Assembly (NCBI GenBank): GCA_014905635.1
Contig: JABVCE010000021.1
Span: 248,001 to 312,000 of the forward strand
Reading direction: 5' to 3'
Source: Scenedesmus sp. PABB004
Lineage: Eukaryota
Length of the DNA stretch: 64,000 nucleotides
Shown here: positions 10,959-20,973 of the stretch, piece after piece
Layout of the letters: each line of letters starts with the position of its first letter
Numbering within the stretch: the first letter of the stretch is position 1
Translations under genes and position numbers: made by a program
The notes under the pieces: generated by a model
Seen by the model: the letters and a program-made list of their open reading frames with translations, nothing else
What the model was told of the DNA's origin: nothing
The model's database searches: none

Positions 10959-12016
10959 GGCGTGCCCGCCCCGTTCGGCGGGCGCAGCCGCAGCCGCAGC
11001 CCGCCGCAGCCGCCGCCGCAGCAGGGGCAGCAACCCAGCGACGCGTCGCCGCCGTGGCGCACCGTGGCGCGCGCGCGCCGCCCCCCCGGCGGCGGCGGCG
11101 GCGGCGGCGGCGGCGCGCTGCCCGCCGCGCGCGGGCCGGGCCCTGGCCGCGCAGCCGCGCTCGGCGGTGGCGGCAGGGGCAGCCCCGGGCCCAGCAGCAG
11201 CAGCGGGAGCGGCAGCGGCAGCGTCAGCGGGAGCGGCTGGCGCGGCGGCAGCCCGGCGCCGCGGCCGGACGACGCGCCGGTGCCGGCGCCGGCGCCGCCG
11301 CCGCCCGTGGCGCCGCAGCAGCGGCAGCCGCCGGCAGCCGCGCCGCGCGGCGCGCCGGCGCCGGCGCCGCCGCCGCCCGTGCCGCCGCCGCTGCAGCGGC
11401 AGCCGCCGGCGGCCGCGCCTGCCCCGTGCGGCGGGCGCAGCCGCAGCCGCAGCCCGCCGCAGCCGCCGCAGCCGCCGCCGCAGCAGGGGCGGCAGCCCAG
11501 CGACGCGGCGGCCGAGTGGCGCACCGTGGCGCGCGAGCGCCGCCCCCCGGCGGCGGCGCGGCGGCGGCGGCGGCGGCGGCGGCGCGCTGCCCGCCGCGCG
11601 CGGGCCGGGCCCTGGCCGCGCAGCCGCGCTCGGCGGTGGCGGCAGGGGCAGCCCCGGGCCCAGCAGCAGCAGCGGGAGCGGCAGCGGCAGCGTCAGCGGG
11701 AGCGGCTGGCGCGGCGGCAGCCCGGCGCCGCGGCCGGACGACGCGCCGGTGCCGGCGCCGGCGCCGCCGCCGCCCGTGGCGCCGCAGCAGCGGCAGCCGC
11801 CGGCAGCCGCGCCGCGCGGCGCGCCGGCGCCGGCGCCGCCGCCGCCCGTGCCGCCGCCGCTGCAGCGGCAGCCGCCGGCGGCCGCGCCTGCCCCGTGCGG
11901 CGGGCGCAGCCGCAGGCGCAGCCCGCCGCAGCCGCCGCAGCCGCCGCCGCAGCAGGGGCGGCAGCCCAGCGACGCGGCGGCCGAGTGGCGCACCGTGGCG
12001 CGCGAGCGCCGCCCCC

Positions 12017-12050
<34 letters not shown>

Positions 12051-15000
12051 GCTGCCCGCCGCGCGCGGGCCGGGCCCTGGCCGCGCAGCCGCGCTCGGCG
12101 GTGGCGGCAGGGGCAGCCCCGGGCCCAGCAGCAGCAGCAGCGGCAGCGGCAGCGTCAGCGGGAGCGGCTGGGGCGGCGGCAGCCCGGCGCTGCGGCTGGA
12201 CGACGCGCCGGTGCCGGCGCCGGCGCCGCCGCCGCCCGTGGCGCCACAGCAGCGGCAGCCGCCGGCGGCCGCGCCGCGCGGCGCGCCGGCGCCGGCGCCG
12301 CCGCCGCCCGTGGCGCCGCAGCAGCGGCAGCCGCCGGCGGCCGCGCCGCGCGGCGCGCCGGCGCCGGCGCCGCCGCCGCCCGTGGCGCCGCAGCAGCGGC
12401 AGCCGCCGGCGGCCGCGCCGCGCGGCGCGCCGGCGCGGGCGCCGCCGAAGCTCATGGCGCCGGCGGGCACGTGCACCGGCGCGCAGCTCGCGCTGCTGAA
12501 GCGCGAGCTGGAGGACAAGGGGTACGCGCTCGTGCACGGCCGCGCCAACGGCCTGTGCGGGTTCTCCCTCATTGCGATTGCCGTGCTGCGCATGCTGGAG
12601 GCGGCGGAGCTGCAGGAGCCGACCCACGACCTGCGCAGTTTCGAACCCGACGTGCTGGACATGTTGGACGAGCAGGCGGGCGAGCTGCGGTCGCGGACGG
12701 TGGAGCTCATCCGCGAGCTGGGCCTGAGCGACCAGCTGCACCCGAGCGGCGTGCCCTGGCGCGATGTGCTCGGCGTGGCCGGCGCGGACGCCGTGGAGGA
12801 GCTGGCGCGAGACCTGGAGGCCGGGGGCTACCCCAGCGAGGCTGAGCTGCGGGCGCTGTGCATGCGCCTGGCAGACTTGGTCTTCCTGACCGACGTCTAC
12901 AGCCCTGACACGCTCCTCATCGCCCTGCAGGAGCAGGGCGACGCGTTCCAGGCGAGCGAGGGCAACCGGCTCGTGGCGCTCGCGCTGCCGGCCGCCGCGG
13001 CGCCGGAGTTTGCGCCCGTGCTCGGGGCGCAAAACCCGCTGCCGCTCAACCACTGGGCGGCGGTGGTGCCGGCACGCAGGCCGCCGCCGCGCGGCGCGCC
13101 GGCGGAGCTGCAGCAGGTGCGCGAGCCGCCGCGCGGCGCGCCGGCGCAGCAGCGGCTGCAGGAGGCGGCGCCGCGCGCCGCGGAGCTCGCCACGGACAGC
13201 AGCGACGAGGAGGGCGGCCCGGCGGCGGGCCAGCCGCGGCAGCCGCTGCAGCCGCTGCAGCCGCTGCAGCCGCTGCAGCCGCAGCAGCTCGGGCGCAAGG
13301 AGCGCCGCGGCAAGGGCAACGGCGCCGCGGCGCCGCTGGGCACCAGCAACAGCGACAGCAGCAGCAGCAGCAGCCGCCGCCGCCGCCGCGCCGCGACCGC
13401 CGCCGCCATCGACGCGGCGTGGGAGAAGCCGGTGGAGCGCCGCGCGGAGCTCGACGCGTCCAAGGCGCGCGCCGAGGCGGCCGGGCCGTCCGACGAGGAC
13501 GTGCGGCGCTCCAAGCAGCGCGCGAGCTACGACGCCAAGCACGCGCGCCGCGGCGGCGGCGCCAGCGGCGGCGGCCAGAGCGGCCAGAGCGGCGCGCGCA
13601 GTGGCAGCGTCAGCGGCGGCGGCACGAGCCGCGCGCGCAGCGACAGCGCCGGCGGCAGCGCCGGCAGCAGCACCGGCGGCGGCACGAGCGGCGCGCGCAG
13701 CGGCGGGGGCACCCCGGGCCCCCCGCCCGCGCGCGGCATCGACCCCGCCGAGCGCGCGGCGCAGCCCGTGAGCGGCGCCGACTGGGAGGCGCTGCGCCGC
13801 CACGCGCAGGCCCGCGGCGAGGCCGCCCGCGCGGCGGCGATGGCGGCGGTGCTCTCGGCGCCCGCCGCCAGCGTCGGCTGGTCCGCCGGCAGCGCCGCGG
13901 CCAGCAGCGATGAGGAGGAGGGCGGCCCGGCGGCGAAGCGCGCGCGCGGCGCCGACGCGGCGCAGCGCCGCAGCCGCGGCCGCGGCCGCGCGCGCTCGCG
14001 CGGCAGCGCCAAGGCCGCGACGCGCGGCGGCCGCACGCCCTCGCGCGGCGGCGGCCGCGCGCGCTCGCGCGGCGGCGCGGCGGCGGCGCCGCGCGGCCGC
14101 CGCAAGCGCTCACGCGGCGCCGACGAGGCGTCGGGGCGTGCCTCGCCCGCGCGCGGTGCAGCGGCGGCCGAGGCGGGCGACAAGGCAGGGCGGCAGCAGC
14201 AGCAGGCGCTGCCGCGCCACTTCACCAAGCGCAGCGAGAAACGGACCGAGCAGGCCAAAAAGGCAGCGGCCGGCTCTGGCATGCGTGAGTGTGCCCGCCG
14301 CGCGGCGCGCTGCCGGGCCGCCGGGCCGCTCTCTCGGCACCCAGCGCCGCCGCCGCCCCGCGCCCTGCCCGCGCCCCCCTCACCTGCCCTCGCCCGCCCG
14401 CCCGCCCGCCCGCCTCAGGCGTGCGCGTCTGCGCGCTGCGCGGCGCCGTGCGCAAGCCAGAGGTGGTCCCCTACCTCGAGGCGCTCGTGTGCGCCTACAG
14501 CCGGCTGGGCATCCTCGGCCGCGACGCGCACCACGTGGCGCTCGTGTATGGGGCGAGGTGCGCGCGCGCGCGGGTGGGGCGCGCCCGCGCGCTTTGCGCC
14601 CCCTCCTCCGCGCCGCCCGCCGAGTCGCGCCGCCCGCCCGCCCGCCCGCCCGCTGCGCAGCCGGCTGTACGGGCTGGACACGCGCCAGCCGCCGCCGCAG
14701 CCGGCGGCGCAGGAGCAGGGCCCGCAGCAGCAGCAGCCCCCGCCCGCAGCGCCGCCAGCCCAGCAGCCGGCGCCGCCGCCGCCCGCGTGCGCCTGCTACC
14801 TGCAGGCCGCGTGCGGCGGCGCGCCGCTCGTGTACGACCTGATGAACTTTTTTAGCCAGGGCAACTGGCGGCGACACGGCACCGGCCTGTCCAGCGACCT
14901 GCGCCACGCGCTGGAGCAGGCCTGCGGCGTCAACGAGCTGCAGCGCGTGCCCCTGCCGGCCTGGGTGACCGGAACCCTGCACCACCACCTGCTCAACCCT

Positions 15001-16705
15001 CTCGCGGAGCTGTACAACACCAACATGCAGCTCCACCTCGCTGACGGCCAGCGCCTGGAGAAGGCGCTCGACGCCGCCGCCCTGCAGGCGTGGTTTGCCG
15101 CGGGCTGCGCCGGCACGCCCAGCCGCGCCGCGCGCGACTGCCTCATCGCCGGCGGCGCGGCGCTGCTGTACAGCGCGTCGCCGCTGCTCTGGGAGCGCCA
15201 GGGCGTGCTGCAGCCGGGCGAGGGCGTGGTGCCCGCGGCGGCGGGCGACGGCCAGGACGCCGGCCGGCTGCGGCTGGCCATGGCGATGATGCGCGACATG
15301 CTCGCGCAGATGCGCCTGCACCTGGAGCAGCCCTACCCGGCGGCGGCGGACGGCGAGGCGCGCGCGCCCGCGGCCGGCGCGGCGCGCACGCGCCAGGCGG
15401 CAGGGGCGCAGGCGACGCCCAGCCTGCAGCGCTGGGAGTCGGACGAGGCCGCCGGCAAGCACGGCCGCGTGCTCGACTGGGCGCGGAGCGGCATGCCGCG
15501 CGCGCCGGACGCGGGCGCGCAGGCAGGGGGCGCGCCGCTCGTGCCGCAGCCGCCGGAGCCGCTGGCGCACGGCGCGGGCGCGGCGGCGCGGCAGCAGCAC
15601 GACGCGGCCTACGACGCCTGGCGCGCGGCGCTGGCCCGGCAGCTCGAGGGCCTGGCGTACCGGGAGGGCGACGCCGACGCCATGGCGCGCCGCGTCGCGC
15701 GCGACTTTGTCGTCATGCTCGGCCAGCAGCACATGTTTGCTGCCTGCGCGCCGCGGCTCGCGGACTCGCTGGCAGCCCAGCAGGGCGCGGCGGCGCGGCC
15801 GGCGCTGGAGGCGATGCTGCGCCGCGCCGCGTCGCTCGGGGCGGCCCCGGAGCCGGCGTCGGCCGGCGCGCTCGCGGCGGCCGTCGAGTCGCTGGCAGAG
15901 GCGCTGGACGGCAGCAGCGGGGGCAGCGGCAGCGGCAGCAGCAGCAGCAGCCGCAGCCGCGGCCAGCGTCCGCCGGCGCCCCCCAAGCTGCTGGACGCCA
16001 GCGCCCAGGAGCCGCGCCTGCGCGAGCTGCAGCGGGCGCGCGAGCTGGGCAAGCTCGAGGCGGCGGTGCAGCGCCTGCGCGCCGCCGTGGATGCCAGCGA
16101 GGCGGCCGTGCGTCTGCGCAAGGAACCCCTCAAGGGCCTGCAGCGGGAGGTCGCCGGCGCTACGGTCCCTGATCGCCACGCCCGCAACCGGCTGCGCCGC
16201 CTGCAGCGCAAGGACGCGCACGCGGCGGCGCTCCGGCGCCGGCTGGCCGTAGAGGAGGCGCGGCTGCTCCGCGCCCGGGGGCAAGGCGCCGCGCCGGGCG
16301 CGGCGCCGGGCCAGGGCCGGGCGCGGCGCTGCCGGCCGCGGCCGCGGAGCGGCTGCGGCTGGCGCTGGCCGCGCTGACCGCCGCCGGCGACGCGACGGTG
16401 GGGGCCGACCTCGCAGCCGTGGAGGCGGAGTGGCAGGCTGCCATGGCGCAGCACCACGAGCGCGACGCGGCGCTCGTGCAGCACCAGCGGGCCCTCGCGC
16501 GACCGCACGGCGCGGCGGTGGCGCCCGACGCGGACGCGGCCCGCCGCGCGGCGGACGCCGCGCGCGCCGCGCGCGACCAGGGCGCGCGGCTGCTGGGCGA
16601 CTGCGGCGCCCGACTGGCGGCCGCGCGCGGCCACCTGGCGGCCGCGCGCGGCCACCTGGCCGCCGCAGCGGCCGCGCAGGGTCGCGCTGCGCCGGCGCCG
16701 CCGGC

Positions 16706-16756
<51 letters not shown>

Positions 16757-18569
16757 GCGCGCGCCGCGCACGCCCGAGGAGGCGGCGGCGGCTGTCGCGG
16801 CGCTGCGTCGCGATGTCTCGGCCGGCTGGCGCCACGCGGTGTGCGCGACGCTCGAGGCGGTGCTGGCTGCGGCGACCGCCGCCGGCGCGGCGCCGGCGCC
16901 GCCCGGCGGCCGCAGCGGCGGCGCGCAGCCGCCGCAGCGCGCCGGCGGCGCGGGGCAGCACCCCGACGCGCTCGTCGCGGTCACGGGCGCGTGCAAGGTG
17001 CTGCGCGGCCTGCGCTCGCGGCACGCCGCGCGCGTGGCGCTGCCCAAGCGGCGCGCCTTCACGCTGGCGCCGGTGCCCAAGTACGGCACCCAGCACCTGC
17101 ACCTGTCCACCTCGGGCATGCAGGCGCTGGACGCAGCGCTGCGCGCGCGCCAGGCCAGGGCGCCCGCGGGGGGCCAGCCGGCAGGCCAGCCGCCGCCGCC
17201 GCCGCCGCCGCCACCGCCGACCCAAGAGGGCGGGGGCTACGATCCCGTTTGGGATGCATATTTTGATTTTGGCCGGCGCCCCGGGCGCGCGCGCGGCGTG
17301 CTGCACGCCAACACGCGCTTCGCGGGCTCTGTGACGTTTGATCTGGCGGCGCTGCACGTGCGCGTGCGCGTTGAGGGCGCCGCCGACCCCGCCCCGCGCC
17401 GCGGCCAGCAGTCGCGCGCCGCCAAGGCGGCGCAGCGCGCGGCAGAGCACCGCGCGGGCGTGGAGGCAGCGCGGCGGCTGCTCTGCGACGCGCTGGCGCC
17501 GCACGGCGTGGCCGACGAGGCGGCGCTCGACGCGCTGCCGCTCGACCCGTGCGAGCTGCGCGGCGTGGAGGGCCTGCCGCCGGGGCACGCGCTGCGCGGC
17601 GCGGCCGCGGCCGTGCACGCGGGCGTGCGCATAGTTGGAATCGACCCGGGCCGGGCGCGCATGATATGCGCCGCGACTTGGCGGCAGGGCCCGGGCTGCA
17701 CGCGCGTCGCGCACCGCCGCATCGCGCAGCGGCGCTGCCCCAACGCGCCGCGCCACCGCGGCGACCACGGCCGCCGCTACGAGGCGGAGCGCATCATCCG
17801 AATAAAGACCGCCGCGCACCGCGACTCGCGCGGGATCGAGCGGCACAGCCTGTGGCAGCAGGGGCGGCCGGGGCGGCCGGGGCGGTACGACCGCCGCCCG
17901 CCCGGCGGCGGCGACTGCGTGCATGCCTGCCTGAACCGCGTGCCTGCCTACTCGGGCACGAGCGTCGCCGCCGCCGGGGCGTGGCGCAACGGCCGGGTGC
18001 ATCATGTGTTGGACAATGCATTCGCATATAGCTTGCTTGCGTGCCGTGCAGAGTGTGCGTGGCGGCTGCGGAAGCACGGGCTGAAGCAGCGCGCGCTGCA
18101 TGCGGCGATTCAGTTGACTGCATACGGCCGGGTCTTTGTGCGCGGGCGCGTCCGGCAGCACGCGCGCCTGCCCGCCGACCTGCCCGCGGTGGTGCTGGGC
18201 ATCGGGGACGCCAGCCTGGGCATGGGGGGCTGCATCTCGGGGCCGGGGCCGCCGCGGCAGGCGCTGCTGGCGCTGCTGCGCACTTATTATGCGCGCCGGC
18301 GCGTCGCCGCGGTGCTCATGGACGAGCACCGCACGAGCGTCACCTGCTCGGTCTGCGGGGCGCGCATGGAGAAGCTGCGGGGGATTTACGGTCTGCTACA
18401 GTGCCCCGGGTGCACGGTCGTCGCGCCGCGCGACGACAACGCGGCGCGCAACATCTGCGCGCTCACGCTGCACGAGTTGCTGCGCGGCGGCCGCGGCACG
18501 GCGGGCGGCGCGCGCCTCGCCGGCGCGTTCCGGCAGGCGGCCGCCGCCGCGGTGGACCCCCCGGCGTGA
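10313..18569 (+). CDS. Giant Fanzor1 (TnpB-like RNA-guided nuclease) fusion: CtIP/Sae2-C, Pro-rich repeats, OTU-like, Fanzor REC/WED/RuvC/ZnF (~2,670 aa after indel correction)
   Basis: gccATGg at 10313. Introns 14285-14418 and 14558-14660 (GT-AG, phase-consistent). Indels at ~10541, ~11545-11560 and ~16317 are needed to join the frames. Fanzor1-like motifs LAELYNTNMQLHL, FTLAPVP, VWDAYFDF, FAGSVTFD; RuvC-I IVGIDPG, VVLGIGD, MDEHRTSVTCSVCG...CPGC...RDDNAARNI. Confidence 0.7.
10644..10880 (+). other. CtIP/Sae2/Com1 C-terminal (SAE2) domain
   Basis: FAYQEVVRGPARQDLPGHDCAQCRDFY...ASRHRAKHAPPETPPGFWDIGF carries the YxEVVR, CxxC, RHR and TPxGFW signature of the CtIP C-terminus. Confidence 0.9.
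10977..12437 (+). repeat. Three ~455-540 bp coding tandem repeats with nested 72-bp (PAPAPPPPVAPQQRQPPAAAPRGA) units
   Basis: Units start at ~10977, ~11430 and ~11899 (GGRSRSRSPPQ...WRTVAR...GRGSPGPSSSS...RPDDAPVPAP); near-identical DNA. Confidence 0.9.
12520..13070 (+). other. OTU-like cysteine protease domain
   Basis: GYALVHGRANGLCGFSLIA (Cys codon 12556) ...ELRSRTVELI... NHWAAVVP (His codon 13051) resembles the OTU xGDGNCxFxA ... HY/W motifs. Confidence 0.55.
17625..18456 (+). other. Fanzor/TnpB RuvC nuclease plus C4 zinc finger, catalytic residues intact
   Basis: Asp at 17643 (GIDPG), Glu at 18324 (DEHRTS, the ZnF-proximal position typical of Fanzor1), CxxC...CxxC, Asp at 18432 (RDDNAARNI). 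Confidence 0.93.
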
Positions 18570-18990
18570 GCGGCGTGTGCGGTGCGCTGCGCTCTCCGTC
18601 CTGGGCAGGACGTTAAAAGGCCTCTTGCTGTTGTGTTGTGTTGCCAGGTTAGGTCAGGCGTGTGCGCGTGCGTTTCTCGCCTTGTCACCCGTTCCGGGTG
18701 GGGGGGACCCCTCGCGGGGCACCGACCTGCGGGCCGGTCCCAAACCGTCATGCCTCGCGCCGCTGTGGCCTGTTTCAGGCGGCCGGCGATCAGAGGATGC
18801 CCATGGTCGGTGTTGGCGGCGGCGGCGCGCGCGCGCGGCGGTGGCAGCGCCGCGCACGCGCGCCGCGCGCCCGCGGCGCCGGGGCGCCCCCCGGGGCGCC
18901 CCGGCAGCCCCCATCCCCCCAGCCGCCGGTGTTGAGACCACCGGCCGGCGCTCCCACGGCGGTAGCGAGGCCGGGGAGCACGCCCAGGCG
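18459..18990 (+). ncRNA. Putative omegaRNA scaffold / element right end (5' boundary uncertain)
   Basis: Lies over and downstream of the Fanzor stop, is retained almost unchanged in the non-autonomous copy, and has terminal hairpins at 18925-18945 and 18947-18984. TnpB/Fanzor omegaRNAs are known to derive from the right end. Confidence 0.6.
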
Positions 18991-19007
18991 CGGTCACTCT
19001 GCATCGC

Positions 19008-19052
19008 CCGCGTTCCGGTCGACAGCCTCGCGTAACCTGCGCGCAACCTCGC
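19008..19052. repeat. 45-bp perfect inverted repeat, right arm (partner 8631-8675)
   Basis: ccgcgttccggtcgacagcctcgcgtaacctgcgcgcaacctcgc. Confidence 0.95.
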
Positions 19053-19227
19053 CCGCGCTCCCCGCCCCGCACTCCCCCGGTCCGCCGCGCCGGTCTCACC
19101 GACTCGTCTCTCCGCCCAGCGCACGCAGCCGCGCCCGCCGCGCCGCCCGCGCCCGCCAGCCCGCGCGCGAGCTGCTCGCGGGGCGTTGCCGCTCGTGGGG
19201 CGGCCGCAGCTCGTCGAATTGCTCGCC

Positions 19228-20973
19228 ATGGGCAACCCTGAGGTCTCCGACGTCTCGATTGCGGTCGGCGACCCGCCGGGCGGCCTCGGCGATGCCGAGG
19301 CGGCGGCCGCCGTCAAGCCGGCCGCCGCGGCGCGGCCGGGCCTCTGCAAGCGCGTGCTGCGCTACGCCCTGGAGCAGTGGTGAGTGGGCGTTCCCCCCAG
19401 CTCGGCTGCGGGCGCCTCGGCCGCCTCGGCGCGCCCAGCGGCCGCCGCGCCGCGCAGCGCCGCCCGCCTGGCGCCAGCCGCGCCCGGTGCACGCCCGACC
19501 GCCCGCCCGCCCGACCGCCCGCCGCCGCGCCAGGTTCATCCTGGGCCTGGGCGTCGTCATCGGCTTTGCCGCGGCGGTGCCGCGCCTCGGCGCGACGGGC
19601 GGGTGGCTGCGCGCCGAGTACAGCATCAAGCTGCCGGCGATCGTGCTCATCTTCGTAATCAGCGGCCTTGGCCTCAAGACCAAGGCCCTGCTCGGCGCGG
19701 CGGGCGACGTGCGCCTGCACGCGCTCGTGCAGGGCCTCTCGCTCGGCGCGCTGCCCGCGCTCGGCGCCGCCGTCGCGGCGGGGCTGCGGTCGGCGGGGTT
19801 CAACCCGCCGCTGTGCGACGGGCTCGTGATCATGGCGTCCATGCCGACCACGGTGTCGACCAACGTCGTCTACACCGCGCGCGCGGCGGGCAACGAGCCC
19901 GCCGCGCTCGTCAACGCGGTGCTCGGCAACATCCTAGGCATCTTCATCACCCCCCTCTGGCTGCAGCACTTCCTGGACGTCTCCGGCGCCGCGCCCTACG
20001 CGGCGGTGCTGGTGGAGCTGAGCTACACCATCATCGCCCCGCTCCTCGTCGGCCAGGCGCTGCAGTACGGCGCGCCGCGCGCGGTGCGGCGCGGCGGCGG
20101 CTGGGCGTGGCGCGGCGGCGGCGGCGGCGGCGGCGCGCAGCCTGCGCGCAGCCTGCGCGCAGCGGCGGCGGCTGAGCGCGGCACGGCGCGCAGCCTGCGC
20201 GCCCGCCCATGCTCGCCCGCACGCGCTCGCCCGCGCGCGCCCGCCCACGCTCGCCCGCCCCGCTCTCGCAGGTCGCGTGGATCAAGGCGCACATCAACAC
20301 GGCCAACGTCTCGTCCGCCTGCATCCTCGCGCTCGTGTGGCTCACGTTCTGCAACACCTTTTCCAACGGCGCCGCGCGCAAGGTCCCCGGCGGCGACGTC
20401 GCCGCGATGGTCGCGCTCAACGTCGCGCTCTTCGCCGCCTTTGCGGCGCTCTCCTTCCTCGTCGCGTGGCCGCCGCCGCCGCTGCGCTGGGTGCGGCGCC
20501 TGCTGCGCGTGCGCCGCCCCGACGCGGTCGCGGTCGTCATCTGCGGGTCGACCAAGACCGTCGCGCTGGGTGTGCCGCTCATCAACGTCATGTACGGCAA
20601 CGTCCCCACCGCGGGGCTGCTCGCGATGCCGCTCATCATCTACCACGCCCTCCAGGTCCTCCTCGGCGGCCTGCTCATCGCGCCGCTGCGCGCTTGGTGC
20701 CTCGCGGCGCCGCCGCCAGCTGCAGAGGAGGGGGAGCACGCCGGCGCGGCGCGCGGCGCCGCGAGCGCGTCGTCGCGGCGCTGGAGCCTCATGGCGCTGC
20801 TGCTGCCGGGCGGGCGCAGCAGCCAAGCGGACCTGGGGCCGCGCCCAGGGCCGCGCCCAGGGCACCACCAGGGGCACCAGGAGCAGCAGCACCAGGAGCA
20901 GCAGCCGCAGCACCACCAGGAGCAGCAGCCGCAGCACCACCACCAAGAGCAGCCGGCCGCGCTGCCGCGCTGA
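19228..20973 (+). CDS. Sodium/bile-acid cotransporter 7-like (SLC10A7/SBF-like) membrane protein, 3 exons
   Basis: EQWFILGLGVVI, IVLIFVISGLGLKT, MASMPTTVSTNVVYT, NAVLGNILGIFITP, VICGSTKTVALGVPLI, PLIIYHALQ. Confidence 0.9.

Larger units (their letters stand above)
8681..18990 (+). mobile_element. Fanzor1-encoding element (~10.3 kb) flanked by a (cg)cggtcact direct repeat; no transposase recognised
   Basis: Direct repeat cggtcact at 8673-8680 and 18991-18998 (10 bp with the ambiguous cg). The right end ...ggggagcacgcccaggcg and the left-end sequence are shared with the second copy at 21213-21975. Encodes Fanzor. Confidence 0.85.

Noticed and set aside
10977..12437. CRISPR-like repeat array near the RNA-guided nuclease
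   Set aside because: The repeats are contiguous coding units with no unique spacers.
9627..16284. Very long antisense and alternative-frame ORFs (e.g. 9627-12710, 11224-13803, 14380-16284, and similar ones window-wide)
   Set aside because: They are Arg/Ala/Gly-rich shadows of real genes, caused by stop-codon scarcity at very high GC, and carry no domain motifs.
16281..16416. GC-AG intron joining the 1829-aa ORF to the RuvC ORF
   Set aside because: The phase is wrong, and the skipped sequence reads as plausible protein in the RuvC frame; a 1-nt indel at ~16317 is simpler.
18947..18990. Canonical Helitron 3' end (hairpin plus CTRR)
   Set aside because: The end is caggcg, TSDs are present, and no Rep/helicase is encoded.
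8631..19052. 45-bp inverted repeats as the TIRs of a cut-and-paste Fanzor transposon
   Set aside because: The second copy has both element ends and its own TSD but lacks these arms. A direct repeat lies at their inner edge, and only an imperfect, asymmetric cgcgctc match lies outside.
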